From: an uncultured Thermoplasmata archaeon
Lineage (GTDB): Archaea; Thermoplasmatota; Thermoplasmata; UBA10834
Reading direction: 5' to 3'
DNA: 64,000 nt
Assembly: GCA_963787465.1 (NCBI GenBank)
Contig: CAWBDD010000015.1
Location: 86,619-150,618, forward strand
Shown here: one piece after another, positions 20,271 through 30,776 of the stretch
Layout of the letters: each line of letters starts with the position of its first letter
Position numbering within the stretch: the first letter of the stretch is position 1
Position numbers and translations under genes: made by a program
Notes under the pieces: generated by a model
Seen by the model: the letters and a program-made list of their open reading frames with translations, nothing else
What the model was told of the DNA's origin: nothing
The model's database searches: none

Positions 20271-21629
20271 ATGATGATGGTCGACATGGTTTCTCTCGCT
20301 GAGAAGACGGTTGCGAAGGTCATGAGGCTGGGCGTCACGGACTGCGATGTGATGGTCTCCGACGTGAGGCTCATGACCGCTGAGATGGAGAAGGGCTCGA
20401 TCAAGCAGGCCAGCACCCTCGGCGACCCGGGGATGTCCATCCGGGCGTACAGGGGCGGCTCTATGGGGTTCGCGTACTGCACGGGCCATTCGCCCTCTTC
20501 CGTGGCGCGCGCAGCACAGCTCGCGGCCGCGATGGCGAAGGCGGGGACGCCGGACGAGGCCTTCAAGGGCCTGCCACAGCGGTCGAAGGTCAAGCGCCTC
20601 GCCGGGCTGTACGACCCGCGCGTGGCTGACACACCTCCCGAGGCGGTCGTCGAGACGGTGATGGACGTCGCAGTGATAGCGGGCGACGACCCGCGCGTCT
20701 ATTCGGTCAACGCGGGCGCGCTCGTTGCCAGCAGCGAGGTCGCACTCGCCAACAGCAACGGGTTCAGCGCGTCCCAGCGGATGACCTCCTACGAAGTCTT
20801 CGCCGAGGTCGTCGCGAAGTCGGGCGACACGATGTTCTCCGGCGTAGAGGGGATGTCCGGGAGACGGCTCGACGAGGGGTTCATAGGTTTCGTCGGGAAG
20901 GCCGCCAGGGAGAGCGCGGTCAGGGGCCTGAGACAGGTCCGGATGGAGACGGGCGACTATCCTGTGATCATCGACCCGATCGGGCTCGCGTGGATCCTCA
21001 GCAACGGGATAGCCGGCGGAGCGAGCGCGGAGAGCGTCCAGAGGGGCAGGAGCTACCTCGCGGGCAAGAAGGGGGAGAGGATCGGCTCAGAGCTGCTGAC
21101 GATCACGGAGGACCCGCTGATCGAATGGGCCTCGGGGAGCACGGCCTTCGACGGCGAGGGCACGCCCTGCGCCCCGAAGAAGGTCGTCGACAAGGGGGTG
21201 CTGCGCACGTACCTCTACGACTCCTACACGGCCGGCAAGGATGGCGTGGCCAGCACCGGCAACTCCTCAAGGGGTGGCTCCGTGTGGAGTTACAGGGGCC
21301 CGCCAGGCATATCGATGACCAACATGGTCGTCGGCAAGAAGGGATCGTCCCTCGACGAGATGGTCGAGGAGACCAAGGACGGGGTGTACCTGCGCCTGAC
21401 CCTCGATTACCCGAACCTGGCGACCGGCGAACTGTCGGGCCTGATGATGGAGAGTTACAGGGTCAAGAAAGGCGAGGTCGGCCCCGCACTCAAGCAGTCG
21501 ACCATCGGGATAAGCATGTTCGACCTCATGTCCAGGATAGACATGGTCGGCAAGAAGCAGAGACGCGCCTACGGCGTCGTCGCGCCACCGGTGAGGATAT
21601 CGAGCGCCCGGATCGCCGGATCCGGCTAG
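20271..21629 (+). CDS. pmbA: Metalloprotease PmbA/TldE.
   Basis: The start is ATGATGATG immediately after the TldD stop. The ORF-track 5-prime extension (19758) overlaps tldD and is rejected. Confidence 0.75.
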   Translation: MMMVDMVSLAEKTVAKVMRLGVTDCDVMVSDVRLMTAEMEKGSIKQASTLGDPGMSIRAYRGGSMGFAYCTGHSPSSVARAAQLAAAMAKAGTPDEAFKGLPQRSKVKRLAGLYDPRVADTPPEAVVETVMDVAVIAGDDPRVYSVNAGALVASSEVALANSNGFSASQRMTSYEVFAEVVAKSGDTMFSGVEGMSGRRLDEGFIGFVGKAARESAVRGLRQVRMETGDYPVIIDPIGLAWILSNGIAGGASAESVQRGRSYLAGKKGERIGSELLTITEDPLIEWASGSTAFDGEGTPCAPKKVVDKGVLRTYLYDSYTAGKDGVASTGNSSRGGSVWSYRGPPGISMTNMVVGKKGSSLDEMVEETKDGVYLRLTLDYPNLATGELSGLMMESYRVKKGEVGPALKQSTIGISMFDLMSRIDMVGKKQRRAYGVVAPPVRISSARIAGSG

Positions 21630-24600
21630 AAACTGTACTTCTGACCGCAGACGGGGCACACCGCGTTCCTCTTCGCGCACGCGAGGTGGAGCGCGCTCCC
21701 GCACCTGCAGCTCACGATGTCGAAGCCGGGCTTAATCCTGCCTTGGCATGAGACGCACTTCGTCAGCTCGGAGGCTCTCGCGACCTCGAACGGCGGCCCT
21801 GGCTCGTACACCTTCAGCGAGTCCTCGAACTCGAAGGTCTGGACCCTCCCGTCGAAATGCCTCTTCGCCGAGACCCTGACCCTGAGCGGGACCGTGCCTC
21901 CGTGTCTCGGGACAAGCCTCACGCCGACCTCCGCCGCATCGGACGGCCTGATCGACCCAGGGACCGTCGCCCCCATGAGCTCGTAGTCGCCCTCGATGTC
22001 GATCTTGAGGTCCTTCGCGAGCGCGCGCCCGCTGTTGGAGATCTTGAGCGTGACCTCGCCCTCGTACCCGGCCTGCAGTCCCTGCGTCGAGATCGCCCCG
22101 GTGAGCTCAGGCGAATAGGATTCCATGGTCGTCTTGGCGCTGTCCAGCGCCTCTGCGACGAACTCGACCGCGGAGTCGTAGTCCCGCTCCTTCTCTATGT
22201 CCGCGAGCGCCAGCAGCCTCTCCGCCTCCTTGGACTGGATGCCGTACGCGGCCAGCACCTGAACGGCGCTCTCGGCCGCGAGCGCGATGTCGATGTACTT
22301 CTTGTGGATGTCCTCGATCTGTTGCAGCCTCTGGTCGGCGTTCATCAGGGCGGAGAACGCGGCCTCGGAGTCCCCCGTCTCAGCCGCCTTGTTCGCCTCA
22401 TCGAGGATCTCCTCGACCGGCTTGACGGACGCACCGATGTTCGCCAGTGCGTCGCTCTTCGCCCTCACGTCCGAGATGAGGTTCGACATCTTCTTCCCTA
22501 TGAGCTGCATGCACTGGACCCTGCACGCCTGGGCCTGCTGGTATGCGAAGTCCCAGAGCTTCTCGGCGAAGGATGTCTTCGCCACCTCCAAGAGGTCCTC
22601 GCATGGCTTCGTGTTGATGCCCATCGACCTCGCCTTCGCGATGAGTGCCTGGTTCCCGGCGACCACGTCGGTCATCGAGTTCTCGAAGAGCGATGCCGCC
22701 TTGGCGGCGCAGCGCCTCAGGGCGTCCTGCGTCCTCGCCAGGTCGTGCTTCGTGAGATGATCGTGGGCGATGTCGAGCATCTCGTCGAGGTCCGAGGTTT
22801 CTATGTTGACCTTCTTGAGCCTCTCGATCTGCTCCTTCACCGCGCTGAACTCTATGCGGACGCTGTCCAGGCTCTCCCTCATCAGGTGCAGCTCGTCGCC
22901 GCTCTCGATGGCGGCCGTCATCGCGTCCACGTACTTGCCCTCGGCCAGGAAAGCCTCCGCCTTCTCGACGAACTTGGAGAAACCGGGGCTCCTGATGCCC
23001 ATCACCGCCGCCTCCTCGAGCTTCCTGCGGGCGTTCTCGACGGCCTTGGTGCTTATCTCGCGCTGTAGCTCGGCCCTCTCCATCTCCGCCTCGCAGAGCA
23101 TCACCTGCCTGAGCGCGTCCTGGTACCTGCCGTCCCTGAACGATTGGGTCCCTTCGGATATGCACCTCTCGGCCATGCCCATCGGGGAGCCTTCCGAGGC
23201 CGCCTTGTCCACGCGCTCCTTGAGCCGCTCGAGCGTCTCCCAGATCCTCGTCTTGCTGATCTCGATGGACGCGTCTGAGGACTTCCTCGACAATTCGAGC
23301 GCTATGGCATACTGGTGACGGGTGAGGGCATCCACGGCCTGCTCGAGGAGCTCCCGGGCCCTTCCGACATCCATGTCTAGCGTCTCGGCGTCCCTGAGGT
23401 TGGACCTCGCGGTCCTTATCTCGACCGTCGCCTGCGTGCTGAGGCTCTTGACGTGGTCGATGTCGCCCTTGGCCGATTCGATGCATTTGAGCGCGTCTGT
23501 GAACTCGCCGCTCCCGGCGAGGGCCGATGCCTTCTCTGCGAGCTTCTCCGGCCCCGAAGTGTCTATGCCGACAGTTCCTCGCGTCCGTGAGGAGCCGCTG
23601 TAGGTCCTTGACCATCCCCTCGACGGCGACGGAGATAGCGGACCTGGCCTCATCGAAGCCGCGTTTCGCGACCGTGAGCGCCTCCTCGTAGCCCTTCCTC
23701 TTCATCAGGTCCTTGGCCTCGGCGAGGGACCTCTGGGGCACATCCATCGGGATCTCGTACTCCTGGGCGATGTCCAGGATCTCCTTGATCGCCAGGATGG
23801 ACTTGGCAGCAAGGTACATGGCCAGGTTCCTCTCGGCCTCGGCGAGGAGGGCGTCGAGCATCCCCTGCGCCTCGTCGACGCGCCCTTGGGAGAACACGCC
23901 CCTGGCGTCCTCGAGCTTCTTTGCCATGGAGGTGGTGTCCGCCTTCGTGCGGCCTGCCTCTTGGATGAGTTCCTCTGCCCGGCGGATCCTGTCCTTCACC
24001 GAATCGTGCTGCGCGATCCTGGACCTCAGCCCGGCCTTGATATCGAATACGATCCTGTGAGCGCCTGCGAAATCGGTAACGTCGGCTCTCGCCCTCGCAT
24101 CCTTCAGCGCGGTCTTCGTGTCGTCGACGTCTATGCCGATGGAGCGTGCCTCCTCCACCGCGTCCTTGAACGCGGAGAACTCGGCCTGGATGAGCTTCGT
24201 CATCTGCTCGTCGGCGTGCGTCGCGATGTCCTTCGCCTTCATCGAGGCCTCGTCGTAGACCCTCTTGTCCAGCGAGTCCTTGGCGCGTGTCATGAGGATG
24301 TCGAGGTCCGAGACGTCGCCTCCCATCGAGGCCAGGACGGCGAGCTTCTCTGCGGCACCGTCTATCAACCTCTTGCAGGTGTCCTCGCCGCTCCTCTCTA
24401 TGCTCTGCGTTATCTCCTTGAGGAGCACAGATGTCCTCTGGAAGTCGTGCTCGGCGAGAGCCGCCCGCGCCTGTTCGATGAGCTGGTGCACATCGCCGAT
24501 GTCCTCTCCTTCTGGATAGCCCTTGATGAACTGCTCGAGATTGTTGAGCTTGTCAGTGAACGCGCCCGTCAGGGACGCGGTGATGCCGTCCAGGCTCGCC

Positions 24601-26147
24601 TTGGCGTATCCAAGTGCCTCGGGGACCTTCTCGTCCGAGAGGGACTCCACGGCCTTCTGGAGTGCCGTCTCGGCCTGCTCCGTGTCCGCATTCATGGCCT
24701 TCGCAAGGGTGATGGCCCGGTCAGCTTCGTCGACGACCTCCTTCGCCCTGTCGTACGACAGTCTCCGGGAACGGGTCAATGCCTCGCTGGTGATCTCCGC
24801 GGTCTTCTTGTATGCCTTGTCCTCGAAGGACCTCTTCGCCTCGGCCAGGTTGGTCTTGAGCTCGGCGACGTCGACCCCGAGGTCGCCCGCCGCCTTGATC
24901 GCCTTCGCGAGTTCGACGAGGTCGTCCCTGGCCTTGTAGAAGACATCCAGGGACGATTCGATCTCCTTCTGGGCCTGTTCCGCGTATCTTATGGAGTCTT
25001 CGAACTTGCCCAGGTTGTAGCTGTCCCTTGCGGTGTTCAACAGGGTCATGGACCTGCTCATGTCCACGCCCACCTTCCTAGCGAGGATGAACTTGTCCCG
25101 CGCGCGCGAGATGACTTCCAGGACGGAATCGAACTGCCCTTTGTGCACTTTCTCCTTGGCTAGGATGAGCGCGTGGAGCGCCTCGATGTACTTCTTGTCA
25201 TTGAGGGCGGCCTGGGCTTGGTCGAGCAGCTCCTGGGGCATCGTCGCGTCCTCGTTGACGCTCTTCAGCTTCCTGATGCCCTCCCTGACCTCTCTCGAGG
25301 TCTCCTGGAACTTCGATGAGATGATGTTCTCCCCGTCGCCTATGCACCTCTTCGCGTAGGCCAGGGCTTCCTTGTATCTGAGCGAGTCCAGGGAACTCCT
25401 CGCTCGCTCCACATGGTTCCTGATGCGGGTCATGTCCGCGCCGAGCTCCTCCCCGGCGGCCACAAGCTCTTCCGCGCGTGAGATCGCGGTGGTCACCTGC
25501 GACTTGACATTGTCCCCTGCCCCCTCGATCGCCTCCTTGATGAGGGATGCGGCGGATTCGTACTCCTGGTTCTCTATCGCCGCCTTGGCCCTGGAGAGCT
25601 GGTCCTCGTATATCGAGACGTCCTCGCCCATCTCCTTAGCCTGGATGATGACCTCCTGGGCCTGGGAGAGCTGGATCGAGAACATCTCGTGGAGGGCCCG
25701 CTCGGCCGCGTCGTACGCGCCCTTGACGGCCTTCATCGCGCCCTCCAGGTCGTCCCTGACGACGAGTCCCTTGCTCTTCTCGAGCATGTCGAGGGCGCCC
25801 TTGGAATCTGCCGCCGGGACCTGTCCCAGCGTCAGGAGTGAATCGACGGAGTCGGCGATGTCGCCGATCCTCTTGATGAAAGCTGTCTTGGCAGCCTCGT
25901 TCGCCTTCCGCACCTGCCCGAGGGCGGTGATGTAGTCCTTCGAGGCCATCGATGCGGTGAACTCGGCCAGGTACTTCTCGGCTTCATCGAGGTCGACGTC
26001 GCTCTCCCTGCAGTCCTTGATGAACCGCTCAAGGGTGTCGTGCTCCCTCTCGGCGGACTCCCTGTTCTTAGAGGCCTCCTTGGCCCGCTCCTCCAGCTGT
26101 TTGGCAAGCTGGAGGCTCTTGAGGTAACTGCCGGCCAATCTCACCAA
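21626..26147 (-). CDS. Giant alpha-helical repeat protein (about 1500 aa) with a CARDB-like Ig domain and a C-terminal C4HC3 RING/PHD-like zinc finger. It is interrupted by a single 1-nt frameshift near 23575.
   Basis: Two overlapping minus-strand ORFs (22398..26147 and 21626..23653) join in frame if one base is removed at about 23573-23577, giving LLTDA-GTVGIDTSGPEK. The C-terminus is CVSCQGRIKPGFDIVSCRCGSALHLACAKRNAVCPVCG. Confidence 0.7.
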
Positions 26148-26284
26148 TCCCTTTATGCCCGAGGCTCACAACCTGGTAGCCTGCTGGCACGAATCGTTGA
26201 TGTTCTCATTTTGCTGTGCGATATTAAAGCTATCGTTATGTCTATCAAGACTGATATGACTGGGCTGGATATAAAGCCAGTCAT

Positions 26285-26914
26285 TCAGGCGTGGTGTCCC
26301 TTGCCAAGCCTCTCGAGAGCGGTCTTCGCGAGGCAGTCCCCCTTCGTCCTTGACTCTGAGACCTCCCTCCTCATGCTCTCCTTGTAGACCTCGTCCTTGC
26401 TTCCGTCGACGTTGATCATCACGTTCATGAGAGCCCCCTTGAGGCCCGCGTTCGCGAGGAGGACGGCGACCCCGATATCCGAGTACGCACTCTTGGACCC
26501 GTGCAGGGCTACCGAGTCCGCGAGCTCGAGCACCTTGAGGCACTCCGAGGCGGTCATCTGCGGGACGTCGGTCGCGTGCGCGACCGCCTGCTCGACCCTT
26601 CCCCTCGTCTCCTCGTTATCGACCTGCTTCCTCCCGCGCAGGGCCTCGACGACTTCGTCGTAGGCGTCAGAGTCCTCCTCCGAGAGCGCTATGAGCCGTT
26701 GCCTGCAGGCATCGAGCTCGGGTCTGAGCTTGTCGACCTCCGCCCATGAGGTCTCGTACCTCTTGCTCCTGCGGGTTATCGCGCACACCATGACCATGAG
26801 CGAGGCCGCCATCCCGCCTGCAGCCGCGGAGGCCGTTCCGCCCCCTGGCGCCGGCAGGTCTGATGCGAGCTCGTCACAGAACGAGCGGAGACCGTCCAGG
26901 CTCCTCATGCCCAT
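26285..26914 (-). CDS. Formimidoyltetrahydrofolate cyclodeaminase (FtcD C-terminal-domain-like).
   Basis: Cyclodeaminase family pattern (DLPAPGGGTASAAAGGMAASL). Confidence 0.7.
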   Translation of the reverse strand: MGMRSLDGLRSFCDELASDLPAPGGGTASAAAGGMAASLMVMVCAITRRSKRYETSWAEVDKLRPELDACRQRLIALSEEDSDAYDEVVEALRGRKQVDNEETRGRVEQAVAHATDVPQMTASECLKVLELADSVALHGSKSAYSDIGVAVLLANAGLKGALMNVMINVDGSKDEVYKESMRREVSESRTKGDCLAKTALERLGKGHHA

Positions 26915-27783
26915 ATCCTCCTCTCGAGCACCTGTCGGCTCGTGAAACCATCTAGCTTGAGGAACCTCGCGGCGAGGTCGCAGACTGACTCGAGCGGTAT
27001 CAGGCCTATGATCTCCCCGTTCGCGACCTCCACCCCGAGGGCGTCCGCCTCCGTTCTCACGGCCTCGAAGACCTTGGAGATCGGCGTGACCGTGTAGTCG
27101 GTGAGGTTCATCGAGACCTGGACCATGTTCTTCTCCTTGAGCGTGAATCCGAGCGCCTTGACGTGCGGCATGCCCCCGCTGCTGGCCCGGATCTTCTTCG
27201 CGATGGCCTTGGCCATCTCGACATCGGTGGAGTTCAGGTTGACGTTGAAGGCTATGAGTGGCATCCTGGCGCCGACCGCGGTCGCGCCAGCGGTCGGGTG
27301 GAGTCCCTTCGACCCGTAGTCCGGGTACCGGGAGTCGTCAGTGAGCACGGCCTCCCTCAGTCCCTCGAACTGTCCCCTGCGGACGTTCTCGAGGTTCTTC
27401 CGGTCCGGTCTCCTCGCCGCCGCCTCGTACATGTAGCACGGGATATTGAGCCCCTTCCAGATCCTGGCGGCAGTGCGGTTCGCCACCTCGACGCACTCCT
27501 CGATGGTGACCCCTGATATGGGAATGAACGGCAGGACGTCGAGAGCCCCCATCCTCGGGTGCTCCCCCTTGTGCTTGGTGAGGTCGATGAGCTCGGAGGC
27601 CGCCCGTGCCCCCCGGAAGGCGCTCTCATGGACGCTCTCCTTGTTCCCGACGAACGTGATGACCGACCTGTTGTGGTCGGCGTCGCTCTCGACATCGAGG
27701 ACCTTCGTCCCCGGCACTGATCGGATTGAGTGGACGATCTTGTCGACGACGTCCTTACGCCGCCCTTCGCTGAAGTTGGGCAC
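26905..27783 (-). CDS. Glutamate formimidoyltransferase.
   Basis: MPNFSEGRR N-terminus typical of the formiminotransferase domain. Overlaps the cyclodeaminase gene by 10 nt, consistent with an operon. Confidence 0.75.
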   Translation of the reverse strand: MPNFSEGRRKDVVDKIVHSIRSVPGTKVLDVESDADHNRSVITFVGNKESVHESAFRGARAASELIDLTKHKGEHPRMGALDVLPFIPISGVTIEECVEVANRTAARIWKGLNIPCYMYEAAARRPDRKNLENVRRGQFEGLREAVLTDDSRYPDYGSKGLHPTAGATAVGARMPLIAFNVNLNSTDVEMAKAIAKKIRASSGGMPHVKALGFTLKEKNMVQVSMNLTDYTVTPISKVFEAVRTEADALGVEVANGEIIGLIPLESVCDLAARFLKLDGFTSRQVLERRIWA

Positions 27784-27861
27784 GCACTCGATGATCGCAG
27801 CCGTTAGGATTCCCCCGGGGATGGTGAATCGCCGTGGGTTCTTATTATTTGTACCACGGGG

Positions 27862-28386
27862 TCACCTCTTGATGATGTCCACCGCGGCGACCTTCTCGAG
27901 GACCAGTTCCATCCACCTGTCGCCGGGGAGGGTGCCGAGCTCCTCTTCCGTGATGCCGAACCTGATGAGTGCACGCCTTTCCGTGAGCGTACGAGCGCTC
28001 TGGAGCTGGGTCCAGCCATCGCCTGCGGGGAAGTCCCCCGGCGAGAGCTGCGTAACGACCACCTCGGTCGTAGCTGGACCTACGGCCATCTTCTTGATCG
28101 CTGCTCCCAGCTGCCTCTCGCCCGAGATGTACAGGAGAGTCTCCATGGTCAGCGAGTCTGACGAGTTCCTCCCGTCTTCGAGCGCTCTGCGCGCGTGGTA
28201 CAGTCCCGCCAGCAAGTGATCGGAGCCGAACACGAGGTCATCTCTGAGGACGAGCAGGTCCACCCCACGCTCTCTCGCGACGGCGACCTGTTCGCTGAGG
28301 AAGCTCTCGGCCGTCCCGACGGGGACCGCCACGGTCCACGCCTTCAGCCAAGGAAGCTCCTGTCCCTTCCCTCTCTCTCCGTCCAT
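27862..28386 (-). CDS. cgi121: KEOPS complex subunit Cgi121.
   Basis: SLTMETLLYISGERQLGAAIKKMAV resembles the conserved Cgi121 core. Confidence 0.6.
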   Translation of the reverse strand: MDGERGKGQELPWLKAWTVAVPVGTAESFLSEQVAVARERGVDLLVLRDDLVFGSDHLLAGLYHARRALEDGRNSSDSLTMETLLYISGERQLGAAIKKMAVGPATTEVVVTQLSPGDFPAGDGWTQLQSARTLTERRALIRFGITEEELGTLPGDRWMELVLEKVAAVDIIKR

Positions 28387-28429
28387 CGGTCCTCACATGC
28401 CCGCCCGTATAGATTAAACGTCTTGAAAG

Positions 28430-30628
28430 TCACCTGAAGTCACCGAGGGACCGCTGCCCGTCCGGCGTCGTCGCAGGGACGGTGGGGTCTGTCTGCCCCA
28501 GCTGGTCCTTGATCCTCCTAGCGACCGTCTCGCCTATCGTCGGGATCTGCTTCAGCCTGTCGTAGTTCGTGTTCCTCAGGTCTTCGAGGCCCTTGATCCC
28601 CCTCGAGTACAAAGCCCTAGCCCTGACCCTGCCCACGCCTCTGAGCTTGACGAGTTCGAGGAGCTCCGGGCGTATCCCGTACGTCAGCCTTGTCTCCAGC
28701 TCCCTGACGGTCTCCACGGTCTCCGGGTTGAACACCTCAGCGAGCCTCGTTGTCGCGTGTATGAGCCATTTGGCGAGGTCGACCTTCGTCCGTATGTCCC
28801 CGGGGCCGACCCCGAACGCCTCCGCGATGTCGTTCTCGTGGACCTCGGTGACCCACTCCTGGAGGAGCCTCGCGGTCTTGACCTCCGAAAGGAATATCTC
28901 ATACGTTGCCAGGTCGTCCGGGGCCTCACGTATCATCTTGTCTTTCACCGAGCCGAGGTACTCCTCGATCTGCTCGTAGTCCGACTGCCGGAGGTACATC
29001 AGCTGCATGTCGGGCGTGGCGCAGACCGCATGTAGGAGCCCGAACTCGCTCTTGGAGCCAGGCTTTTCGAGGGCATCCCTGATGACCACGGCGGACTGGG
29101 GATCGATGTAGAGGTCGCTGACCCTCTTCCCGAACGGGGTCGCCCTCAACGCCTCCCCCTCCTTCACCATGCCCTCCCTGCGCAGGTACTCGACGACGCC
29201 CGAGACGGTCTCCTGAAGATAGGATGCATCCGTCTGGTGGGCCAGGAATGTCTTCTCGAAGAACCCGTTGAGGGCGACCATGTCCGGCGTCTCGTTCGTC
29301 GCGATGAGGGCGAGCACGTGCGACCTGATCGCCGGCTCCGTTCCGAGCTTCGAGTACAGGTTCTCGTCCTCCCCGAGCAGGTACTCCTCGAGCAGCAGGT
29401 CCTTCTCACCGTCGTTCTTCGCGATGAGGACCGCCTCTCCGAACTTGTCGTACCTGGGCCTCCCGGCTCTGCCACACATCTGGCGGACCTCGAGGACCGG
29501 GATGTGGGCGAAGCCGGCGTTGGCGTCGTACCTCCTCACGTCCCTGACGACGACGGTCCTGGCCGGCAGGTTGATCCCGGCCGCAAGGGTAGGGGTGGCG
29601 ACTATGCACCCCAGCAGGCCTTCCTTGAACGACGACTCGACCAGTTTCCTCTGGGCGTTGGTGAGCCCAGCGTGATGGAACGCGCATCCGTTCCTGATGG
29701 CCCTTCCGAGCCTTGCACCCAGGTCGGTCGGCTCCTCCTGCTCGCTAGCAAGCCTCTTGGCTGCTCTCGAGATCCCCTCGTCCTTCTCCCGCATGTATTT
29801 CTTGACCGAGGGCCCCAGCGAGAGCGCCAGGGACTCGCATGACCGTCTGGAGTTGACGAACACGAGGGCCTGGCCGCCCGAATCCAGAGTCTGAGAGACA
29901 AGCCCCTCGACCGGGTCGTCCGAGAGGACCTTCCTCCGGGTGTTGTCTGTGAAGAAGACCTCACCGTCGCAGTAGACACCTTGCTTGAGGGGGACTGGTC
30001 GCCAGTCGCTCTGCACAAGCCTCGCGTCCAACCACGCCGCGAGCTCGGCCGAGTTGCGCATCGTGGCGGACAGGGCTATGAGTTGGGCGCCCGGATTGAA
30101 CGTCCTGAACTTGACGAGGATGACCTCCAAGGTGGGCCCCCTGTCGGGGTCGTTTATGAGGTGCACCTCGTCCGCGACCACCACTGACAGCTGCTCGAGC
30201 CATTTGGCCCTGTGCCTCATGAGGGAGTCGACCTTCTCTGACGTCGCGACGATGACGTCGTACTTGTGAAGCCTGTTGTCCACCTCGTCGTAGTCCCCGG
30301 TGGACTCGCCCACCTTGATCCCGAGGCTCTCGAACGCGGCGAGGTCTTCCCGCTTCTCGGAAGCGAGGGCCCTCAGGGGGACGATGTAGAGGGCCTTGCC
30401 CCCTTTCAGAACGGCCTGGAGGATGGCAAGGTAGGCGACCAGGCTCTTGCCCGATGCCGTGGGTATGGCGAGCACGATGTTCTCGCGGGCGAGGGCTGGG
30501 CCGATGGCCTTCTCCTGAGGAGGATAGAGCGTCTCGATGCCATCCTCCTTGAGCTTGGCCACGATCCTGGGGTCGATGTCGAGCTCGTCCAACCTCATGC
30601 GGAACCTGTCCTTCCGATGAGCCGCCAT
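28430..30628 (-). CDS. hel308: ATP-dependent DNA helicase Hel308 (Ski2-like).
   Basis: DEAD/DEAH helicase motifs (AIPTASGKSLVAY, DEVH, SAT). The C-terminus carries the Hel308-type helix-hairpin-helix domain. The start could be 30628 or 30598. Confidence 0.85.
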   Translation of the reverse strand: MAAHRKDRFRMRLDELDIDPRIVAKLKEDGIETLYPPQEKAIGPALARENIVLAIPTASGKSLVAYLAILQAVLKGGKALYIVPLRALASEKREDLAAFESLGIKVGESTGDYDEVDNRLHKYDVIVATSEKVDSLMRHRAKWLEQLSVVVADEVHLINDPDRGPTLEVILVKFRTFNPGAQLIALSATMRNSAELAAWLDARLVQSDWRPVPLKQGVYCDGEVFFTDNTRRKVLSDDPVEGLVSQTLDSGGQALVFVNSRRSCESLALSLGPSVKKYMREKDEGISRAAKRLASEQEEPTDLGARLGRAIRNGCAFHHAGLTNAQRKLVESSFKEGLLGCIVATPTLAAGINLPARTVVVRDVRRYDANAGFAHIPVLEVRQMCGRAGRPRYDKFGEAVLIAKNDGEKDLLLEEYLLGEDENLYSKLGTEPAIRSHVLALIATNETPDMVALNGFFEKTFLAHQTDASYLQETVSGVVEYLRREGMVKEGEALRATPFGKRVSDLYIDPQSAVVIRDALEKPGSKSEFGLLHAVCATPDMQLMYLRQSDYEQIEEYLGSVKDKMIREAPDDLATYEIFLSEVKTARLLQEWVTEVHENDIAEAFGVGPGDIRTKVDLAKWLIHATTRLAEVFNPETVETVRELETRLTYGIRPELLELVKLRGVGRVRARALYSRGIKGLEDLRNTNYDRLKQIPTIGETVARRIKDQLGQTDPTVPATTPDGQRSLGDFR

Positions 30629-30776
30629 GTCCTTAAACTTGCCCCGGGACGGGCGTAAGTGCCCTTGTTCGGAAACAGGCACCCCGGCATGCTGGCTCTG
30701 CTCACCATTCGCCGACTCGCGGCGCAAGCCTTATTTAGCACTCAAGCTTAATAGCTTCGACATACTGGTGTAGCTG

